From IMG/VR virus record IMGVR_UViG_3300012953_000066, positions 1 to 40,891 of that record: 40,891 nt of DNA; one strand, given 5' to 3'. Each line of letters starts with the position of its first letter. The first letter of the stretch is position 1. Below, one piece after another: positions 1 to 10,300 of the stretch. This DNA is from a virus. Its lineage: Duplodnaviria > Caudoviricetes. Position numbers and translations under genes: made by a program. The notes under the pieces are model-generated. The model was given only the letters and a program-made list of their open reading frames with translations. It did no database searches and was not told the DNA's origin.

Positions 1-1
1 T

Positions 2-1348
2 ATTGACACTTCTACCATTCGTGTTTCAATAAAAGACACTATTACTGAAGAATATAGTCAATATGAGAACATATTTCAGGTAAATAGTGAATCTAGATTA
101 TTCTTAACACAAGAAATTGAGGATGAAAGGTATCAACTTCTATTTGGTGATGGAATATTAGGTAAAAAACCATCAAATGGAGGAATAATTGCTGCAACAT
201 ACATTGTGACAAATGGATTAGAAGGTAATGGTGCTGCTAGTTTTAGTTTTGCAGGTAAATTAACATATGGAAATCTTGATACTCCAATAACTTCTGGTAT
301 ATCATTTGTAACTGCTACACAATCGTCTCAGAACGGTGCAGAAATAGAATCCATAGATTCTATCAAATACCTTGCTCCAAGGGTCTATGCGTCTCAGCAA
401 AGGGCAGTGACAGCAAACGATTACACTGCTTTGATTCCTTCTTTATTCTCCAATGTTGATTCTGTCAGTGCTTATGGAGGAGAAGAACTTACTCCACCTC
501 AGTATGGTAAAGCTTTTCTTACGATTAAACCAAAATATGGTGAATTTATCTCTGATGTTACAAAGGATGCAATCAAACAGGGATTGAAGAAGTACACAGT
601 TGCAGGTATTAAGCAAGAATTTGTTGATTTAAGTTATCTGTATGTTGAATATAACTCAACAGTATCTTATGATCCAGGTCAAACTGCATCTAAAACTGGA
701 TTAGCATCAAATATAATAAAAGCAATCAATACATATGCTGCTTCTACTGATATTAACCAATTTGGTGGTAGATTGAAGTATAGTAAACTTTTGAATGTAA
801 TTGATAAAGTTGATAGTGCAGTAACATCAAATATTACTACAATTAAGATGAGAAGGAACTTAGTTCCTGTTTATGATGGTTTTGCTAACTATGAACTGTG
901 TTACGGAAACCAATTCCACGCTGATAAAGAAGGATTTAATATCAAATCATCATCATTCCGTATTACTGGTGTTAATGGTGATATCTTTTTAACCGATTTC
1001 CCAAATGAAGATGATTCAACTAAAGGAACTATCAAATTCTTTACAATAGATAGTGAGAATAATATTACTTACGTTAATGCTAATGCAGGATCTGTAGATT
1101 ACGTTAGAGGTGAAATTTTAATCTATCCAGTATCAATATCTTCCAGTTTTCTTGCAGATAGAATAGAAATTGAAGTTAATCCCGAATCTAATGATATTGT
1201 CGCAAAAGAGAACCTTTATATTGTGCTAGATACTACAGCAAATAGTACGTTAAATCTCTTGGAAGACGTTATTAGTTCTGGATTAAATAAATCTGGGACA
1301 AGTTATATACCACCATCAAGTTTTGCCAATACTACATACACAAGATAA
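2..1348 (+). CDS. gp6: Baseplate wedge subunit gp6 (5'-truncated by the window edge)
   Basis: The frame is open from position 2 (IDTSTIRVSIKD...YQLLFGDGILGKKP), so the GTG at 206 is internal. Motifs ESIDSIKYLAPRVYASQQRAVTANDY, GGEELTPPQYGK and GSVDYVRGEI are typical of T4 gp6/baseplate J-like proteins. Confidence 0.92.
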   Translation: MDTSTIRVSIKDTITEEYSQYENIFQVNSESRLFLTQEIEDERYQLLFGDGILGKKPSNGGIIAATYIVTNGLEGNGAASFSFAGKLTYGNLDTPITSGISFVTATQSSQNGAEIESIDSIKYLAPRVYASQQRAVTANDYTALIPSLFSNVDSVSAYGGEELTPPQYGKAFLTIKPKYGEFISDVTKDAIKQGLKKYTVAGIKQEFVDLSYLYVEYNSTVSYDPGQTASKTGLASNIIKAINTYAASTDINQFGGRLKYSKLLNVIDKVDSAVTSNITTIKMRRNLVPVYDGFANYELCYGNQFHADKEGFNIKSSSFRITGVNGDIFLTDFPNEDDSTKGTIKFFTIDSENNITYVNANAGSVDYVRGEILIYPVSISSSFLADRIEIEVNPESNDIVAKENLYIVLDTTANSTLNLLEDVISSGLNKSGTSYIPPSSFANTTYTR

Positions 1349-1351
1349 GAA

Positions 1352-4300
1352 ATGAAAGATAATAAAGTAAAGATTTCTAATATCTTAGGTAGTTTGATAC
1401 CTGATTTTATTGAGAACGACACTACTGCTGGTGAGGAATCACTGTTTAAGCAATTCCTTACTCAATATTATGAGTTTGAAGAAAGAGAATATGGTACTAC
1501 TGATATAGCAGAAAATATTGCATTTAATAAGAAAATATCGACTCTATCAAAGATGGAGACGGTAAGAGCACAAACAATACCTGCAGCAGGAACAATTGTC
1601 CCAAGTGAGCAAATTAGAGTAAATGGTGAAGTATTTGCTTATGATAATCTAATTAATGTTAATCATACTAAAGGATTTCCTGAAAAATACGGTCTTTTAA
1701 AAATTGATAATGAAATTATTACATATACTAGCAAGACAGATACCTCATTTGTTGGGTGTATTCGTGGATTTGATGGAATTTCTCAAATTAAATCTACAGA
1801 TGATCCACAATTTTTAACTTTTAGTGAGACTTCTGCTACGGGACACGTCACAGATTCTATTGTGATAAATCTAGGATTCAATTTCCTAAATGAATTTTAT
1901 ATCAAATTTAAAAAAAATTATCTTCCTGGATTAGAAAATAGAACTTTTACTGATGGAGTTTCTGTTGAAAATATTTTAACTAGAGCAAAAGATTTCTATA
2001 CATCCAAAGGAACAGATTTATCATTAGATATTTTATTCAAAGTATTATTTGGAAAGCACGTAATTATTGATAAACCATTTGATAATACAATCTCACCTTC
2101 AGATGCCAGATGGATTCGTGGAAAACAGGTAACAGTAGAAGCAATTAGTGGAGATCCTTCACAATTAAAATTTTCTACACTATATCAAGGAACTTTAGCT
2201 GGATTTTCTACTAGTTCTACTGCAAAAGGAGCAATAGAAAAGGTAGAAACAGTATTTTTAAAAGGTAGTAAGAGATATTTTAGATTATTCCTCTCTCCAG
2301 ACACAGTAAAAGGTAATTTTAATATTAATAGTAAAACAAGAGTAATTGCATCATCACCATCAAATACAGTTGTAACTGTAGACTCTACTGTTGGTTTTGG
2401 TGATACTGGATCATTTTCATATAAAGCTTCCAATGGTCAGTACGTAATTACACAATATGGATCAAAATCTTATAACCAGTTTTTTGATTGTGTTGGTTTA
2501 AGTACAACATTAAACAAAAATACAGAGATTATTGATGATAATTTTGTTTTTAGTTATGAAGATAATGATCCAAATAAATTATGTCAAATGAGATTGGTTG
2601 GTAGTATTTCTGATATTACTGGAAATTATCAAGATACTAAATTCTTTAGTAAAGATGATGTCATATCACTAAAACATCTCGGTGAAAAGACTTCAACTAC
2701 AGATTTGAAATATAGTAGTTGGATTTATAATAATATTTTCAGATGTAATATTGACTCTATCGATGTCGTAAATAAAAGTATTATTACAAAAGCTCCACAT
2801 TATCTTAAATCTGGAGATATAATTTTTATTGATGAAGCATCAACATTAACTACTATAGATGGTAATGTTGAAGTTGATGAAATTTTAACTCCAACAAAGT
2901 TTAGTTATAAAGGAAGTGGAGTTTCTAATACATTACTTACAACACCCGATTTAAATCTTGAGTATGTATTTGAAAGAAAACAGGATTTAGTATCAGATAA
3001 TCTAAATTTAGGATATCTTATTGGCGATATTCAGAATACATTTGTTGATTCTGATAAAAATACATATGTTGCATTTTCTGGATATCCATCATACTCTAAT
3101 ATAGAGACAACAGATAGATCGAAAGAATTTACATCTGCTGGAATTGGTACAACTGCATCTGGAATTACCATTTCTAATCATGGATTCCTTAATGGTGAAA
3201 AGGTTTATTATCAACCTATAGCAGACCAACCAATTGGACCAGGAATTACTTCGACATCTAGTGGTGTTATTCTTGGTTATATTGATGATTTTGGAGTTTT
3301 AAATAAAGTTCAATCTGTTGGTATAGAAACTGGTGTATATTACGTTAATGTTGTTGATGATAATATTATAAAATTGGCAAGTAATGTTAATAATATATTC
3401 ACTGATGACAATTTATGGAATTATAGTAAAACAGATGTTGGATTTACTTTATTCCCAGTTCATAGTGGAATTAATACTTCATTCAAGCACAAAATTACTC
3501 CATACAATTTATATGTTGGTGGTAGTTTAAAAAATCAAAATAATTTTAGAAAAATCGCCAAAAATTCAAAATTAGCAACAAGTCGTAAAAAAATTATTGG
3601 ACCAATAGGTGTTGGTGTTGATGGTATTGAAATATATTCTCCAATTTCAAATGATTCTGTATATTATGGTCAACTTGATAAAATTGATGTTCTTAATGTA
3701 GGAGGAAATTATGATGTTGTAACTCCACCTGCTGTATCTATTGCAGATACTACTGGTTCATCAGTTGACTGTAATGTTCATGTAAATGAAGGTGTTTTAG
3801 ATGATATTTTACTTACTTCTAAAGGATGGGATTTTTCTAGCATACCATCAGTAAGTGTAACTGGTGGAAATGGTAAAGGTGTTAGTTGTGATGCAAAGAT
3901 GAGGGAGTTTGTTCATTCACAATCATTTAATGAGTTTGCTGTTGTAACTGGTGGTTCTACTCCTGGTAAAATTGGAATTGGAACTTTCCATAGATTTGAT
4001 GATGGTGAGGAAGTAATTTATACTGTAAGTTCTCCTGGATCTCCAGTTGGAGTAGGAAGTACTAATGCAGATAAGAGTGATGCTGTAACTAATAGTAGTC
4101 CACTTACATTGATAAATGGAGGAACATATTATATTGCTAGTCAAAATAATAATGAATTTTCTCTTGCAGCAACTAAAGAAAGAGCTTTATCAAAACAAAA
4201 ACTAATTGAATTTTTTGATGATGGTTCTGGAACTCATACGATAACATCCAATCGTAAGAGAAAAATTATTGATAGAATTGTTATTCATACTAAAGGCAAT

Positions 4301-7300
4301 TCCTTTGCAAATAATAAAGTTGAGGTTGATGCTAGAAAATATCCACCAGAAACAAGAGCAGAATTATCAACTACATTTGTTGGTATTAATACTTACTATG
4401 ATTACATATATGCAGAAAGGCATAATTTTAAAGAAGGTGATATTGTAAAATATTCTGCATCCAATAGTATTATTGGTGGGTTAATACCAAAATCGGAATA
4501 TTTTGTAAGTGTTGTTGATAATAATAAATTTAAATTAGCAGATGCATCAACGATAGATGGTGTGTATGAGAATCACATATTAAAGTTATCTACTAACGAA
4601 TTAGGACGTAATATTAACAAATTTAATGATAGTCCAGAATTGATTAGTAATGGTGATTTTTCTGGCACTACTGGATGGACTGTAGGAACTGGATGGGCAA
4701 TATCTGGTGGTAAAGCTACTCATACTGGTACTACTGCTGGATATCTTACTAGTACACCATTAACTCCTTTTATAGAAGGTAGATGGTATGTATTAACTGC
4801 TGATGTAAGTGCTGGAAGTCATTTTTCAATGTGGAATGGATTTGGTATTGTTGGTCATCACGATACAGAATATACACAAGGTAATACTTCTCAATATGCT
4901 GATGTTTATACTGAACGGGTAGGAGACAAATTAATTGCTTTGTGGAGACAAGGTGGTGCTTATCTTAATAGTGTAAACCTATATTCTAGTGGGACAGATG
5001 TTAATGGTGCTACCCTCAATCCTACTATTGATAATGTATCAATTAGAGAAGTAACAACATTTGGAAGAACAACAATTGATTATGATAAGAATATATTTGT
5101 AGATCTTACAAGTATTGGTAGCGGTACTCATACGTTTAAATATCCAGATATTAAGGTATCAATTGAAGGTGTAGGTGCTATTGGTATAAGTTCATCACAC
5201 ATTCCCGATTACTATTACGCTAAAGGTGATCCAGTAATTAGAGGTCAAATTTCCAATTTGTTTATTAAATCTGGTGGAGTTGGTTTTGGTGTATCTAGTA
5301 TACTTAATAATATAAGAAAACCAGATATTTCATTAAAAACTGGAATAGGTGCCAATATTGGTGTTATAGTAGATGCTTCTGGAACGATAAGTGATGCTTT
5401 TGTTAGTGTAGGTGGTACCAATTATACTAGTCCTCCCACATTAGAAGTAGTTGGTAAAGGTCTTTTTGCACAATTAAAACCAACTATAGTGGATGGTGTT
5501 ATAACTTCTGTTGATGTTCTTAATGGAGGTGGCAATTATGACCAGGAGTCAACAACTGTAAATGTCATTCCAACAGGAGAATCTTCCAATCCTGCAGCAT
5601 TTGAACCATATGTTCATGAATGGAAAGTTAATAATGTGGAAAGATATTCTAATAATTTGGATTATAAAATAGATGCAATAAATTCAAATAAAGATACTAT
5701 ACAATTACAATCAGAAATAATAGATAAAGGAAATAAGTTAGTATCATTCTATCCAAATAAACAACTTCGTAAAAATTATAATGACAATATAGAGTCAGAA
5801 ACAAATGTAGAGAAAACTGAAGAATTAATACATTCACCTGTACTTGGTTGGGCTTACGATGGAAATCCAATTTATGGGCCATATGGATTTGTAAATGCAA
5901 CTCCTGATGCAGCAGGTAATTTTGGTGGTACAAGAAGAATGGTATCTAGTTATATCAAAAATCAAGAGACAAATACTGGACTTAGACCCTCATCTTATAT
6001 TGAAGGATTTTTTATTGATGATTATCAATATGTTGAAGGTCAAGGTGATTTAGATGAATATAATGGAAGATTTGAAATAAATGATGATTATCCAAATGGA
6101 ATTTATGCATATTACCATACTTTAGAAGGAAATCCAACTTTCCCATATGTTACTTATCAACATAATAATCAAACAGATGAATTCAACTATGATTCATTTA
6201 TTGATCAATCAGATAAATCTATTAATAATGGAAAATATAGAAGAAATGTTACATTTTTAGGATTAAATGAAGCAAATAAAGAATATCCATTTTTAAGTGA
6301 TCAGATTGGTTCAAATGTCAAAGTATCTATAGATGCCGTAAAGAGTTCAGGATTGACAACTACTTTTGCATCTAATGGTGGAGAGAATTATAATGTTGGT
6401 GATACTATATCTTACAGTGATACTACTGTAGTTAATGGTTCAGTAAGAGAAATTTTAGGTAAAGATATAAATTCGATAGAAACATCTACAACTACAATAA
6501 GCAACTTAAGTTTTTCAATTAGAGGTAAAAATGTAGAAGCATTTAGTACAGTACCACATAATTTATTAGATAGTGAAGTTGTTACTATTAGTGGAATTAC
6601 TTCTTCATTATATGATTTTGTTAATGGTTCTTATCCTATAGGTGTTACAACTATAGCAACAACACTTTCTGTGGGAATTGCTAATACTCTTACAACAGGA
6701 ATAACTACTTTCATTCAATTGAATGAAATTACAAGATCTGATAAATTTGAAGTTGATGATATAATTAAGATTAATGATGAACAAATGAAGATTCTTAATA
6801 AGGATCATTTTAATAATCGTTATAGAGTTTCTAGAGTTAATGATGGAGTTGGTGCAACTGGAAATAATGCTCATAATGCAGGATTAGTAGTAACTAAACT
6901 CCCACAAAAATTTACATTTACTCTTGATAATAATAAAGTCCTCAATAACAACTTAGAATTTTCTGCAAAATATAATTTTGATGCTGAATCAGCTGTTGGT
7001 ATAGGAAGTACCGTAGTTGGTGTTGAGGTTGGTTATGCAGGAAGTAGTGTAATAAGAAAATCTGTTCCAGGTGGTGGAATATATTTACCAGGACATAAAT
7101 TTAAAACGAATGATAAGATTTCATATTCTGTTGGATCTGGTAGTACAGTAATGTATTCTGTAGATACTGATATTGATGGTAGTGGTAATTTAAGTGCAGA
7201 AGGAAATCTATCTGATATTGGAGTACAATTATATGTTATTAAATTTAGTGATGAATTTATAGGTATATCCAGTGTATTAAATGGGTCAAGATTGTATTAT

Positions 7301-10300
7301 GTATCCGTAGTTGGAAAAAATCATAGAATTGAAACTATGATTGATAGTATAGATGGTGTTGCTAAAAAGATAGATGCAACTATTGGTCTTTCTACTTCAC
7401 ATTCATTATTAGTTGGTGATAATATTAACTTAAATGTTACTCCAAATAAAACAGAACCTCATGTTTTAAAATATGAGAGTGCAATAAATGACTTAGTTTT
7501 AGATCCAGTAACTATTCCTTCTACAGATGTCTTAACATCCAATTCTTCAATTAGAGTAACAGATCATAAGTATAAGACTGGAGAATCTGTCATATTTACT
7601 ACTGCAGGTACTGCTCCAGGTGGATTAGTTGCTGATAAGATTTATTATATAATTAGAAACTCAGATACTACAATTAAATTAGCTTCTTCATTACATGATG
7701 CAACAGTATATCCATATAATAATATTACAATTAGTAGTACTGGTAGTGGCAATCATCAATTAGCAAATGTAAATTTAACTATAGATGTATATGAAGGAAA
7801 TACATTAGAATTGGATACTTCTGATGTTAGTTTGATTGATTATGATATTAATTTCTATCATAATGAGGATTTTATATCTCCTTATGATACAGAATTAATT
7901 CAAAAGTATGGTGTCAATGGCGATGGTGATGCAGGTACTAAAATAAAAATTAATGTTACTGATGAATTTTTATCTGGAGCATATTATAGAGTTGAAGGTA
8001 ATCTAAGTCTTATAGAAGATCCAAAGGAACATATTACTTCTAAGATAATTGTATTAAATTCCAAATTTAATAAAAATCATAGAATAACTGGTGTTGGAAA
8101 TACAACATTAATATTAAATTTGGTGGGTGCAGCAGAAACTACTTCATATTCATCAGATGATATTTCTAGTGCATTTTATTATACCGATTCCAATAATGAT
8201 ACTGGTTCAATATATTCAGTTAATACAATTAATATAGACAGCACTACTATATTACCAAAAGTAGTTTCTGTTGCAAGTACAACAGGATCTAAAGCTATAT
8301 TTGTGGAACAATCTGATGATATAGGTGAAATTTTAGCAACTAATATATTGGACCAGGGGTTTGAATTTCCAACAGATAATACGTTAGTTCCAAAAGCAGA
8401 TTCTTATGTTGTTTTAAAATTACAGGATATTTATACTTTAGACTCTATTGGAATTACTACTGGAGGTAAAAATTATACTACTTCACCACAGGTAGTAGCT
8501 ATTGGTAATACTATAATTCAGACAAATAGCACTATCTTGGGTAATGCTGTTAGTGAAGTAGATGTTATAACAAATGATAGTGGTTTATCTAAAAATATTG
8601 AAATGATATCAACCGTAAATTCTAATGGTGTTGGTATTATAAATGCTACAACCAATTTAAATACTAAAGAACTTATATTAGAGTTAGCTGCTCCAATAAA
8701 TGGTTGGCCAAATAATGAATTTCCATTTACTGAGTTAGATGAAATTTATGTAGAGGGTATAAAAGTTCTTGGAGGAGCAACAACTACTGCTGATGGATAT
8801 AATTCTAGTGATTATAATAATCAATACTTTACTATAAAAGATAATGGTGGTATTAATACTACTGGAGGTGTTTTTGGTAATGGAACATTAACATATTCTA
8901 TTGTTGGACTTGGTACTAATGGTGGAGCATTTGACCCCGATAACGTTTTTGGTAGAGTAGTTAATGTTGATGATTTAGCTAAATTCGAAGCAAAATTGAA
9001 GAAAGTATCATTCTCGGAAGGTGAGGTTATAACTCAAATTAATTCTGGTGCTACAGGAGTTGTAGTTTCAGATGGATGGAATGATAATTCACAATTATTG
9101 AAATTAAAAAATGTAGTTGGAGAATTTATTAATGGCGAAAAAATAGTTGGATCTATAACTAACGAAAAATCTATTGTTCAGGATAATTACGTATTTGATT
9201 TTGATCTAAAGGTTGATAGTCTTATTTCTAGATCAGTTGATTGGGAAACAAGTAAAGGTAAGTTGAATGATCATATGCAAAGGATTCATGATAATGATTA
9301 TTATCAAAGATTTTCATATGCGATAAAAGGTGAAGTTGCCTATGAAAATTGGAAAGAACCAATTGGAAGTTTAGCACATATTTCTGGATATAAACCATTT
9401 AGTGATCTTGAGATTATAAATGATCCTGTTGCAAATGTTGGAATGAGTTCTGTTCCTGCTGATTTAATTCTTAATGTTAAGGTTGATAGTGAAGCATCTG
9501 TTCATCAAAGATATAATTATGACATGGCAACTGAAAATACTGAGGATCCTAATTATTCAAAAATAATTACCTTCGGATCAAAAATAATAACAGATTATAG
9601 TGAATCTAGAAGCAATAAAGTATTACTGATTGATGATATTAGTAAAAAATTTACTGGAGTTAATAATACTTTTACAGGAGTTCATCAATTTGTTAGAGAT
9701 GAATTATTCGATAGTACTGGTGCCATTGCTGTAATTGGTGGAGGTAACCTGGGAGTTACTACTGCTGGAACTTCATATAATCCATCAACAGGAGTATTAA
9801 CACTTACTACTTCTACTGCTCATGGATTGAATACTAATGATGAAATATCCTTAAGAAATAAATCCTTAACATTTACTTGTGATCGAGATAATTTTGAATC
9901 AGAACATCCATATCCAAGATCAACTGATCCTGCTTCAACTTCTAATAGCATATTCAATAATGGAGTTTTAAAGGTTACTAAGATTGATAATGATACATTT
10001 ACCGTTCTTGTAAATACTCCATCAATTGGTGGACAAACAGTAGGAGTATCAACATTTACTTTATATACTGTCGATAAACAAGGTGTTGAACCAACAGGTG
10101 TCAGTACAGATAGATTGTTCTATAAAACAGTGATCCCATCAGATGGAGTTAATTTAACTACAGATACAATTACTATTGAGGATCATGAATTTAATACTGC
10201 TGAAGAATTAATATATTCTCCACACGGATCAACATCAATACAAGTTGATAATGGTTCTGGTGGAAATATGAATCTACCTTCTAGAGTTTTCGCTATTAAT

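Noticed and set aside
206-208. GTG at 206 as the gp6 start
   Set aside because: The frame is open and gp6-like back to the window edge, so the true start lies upstream.
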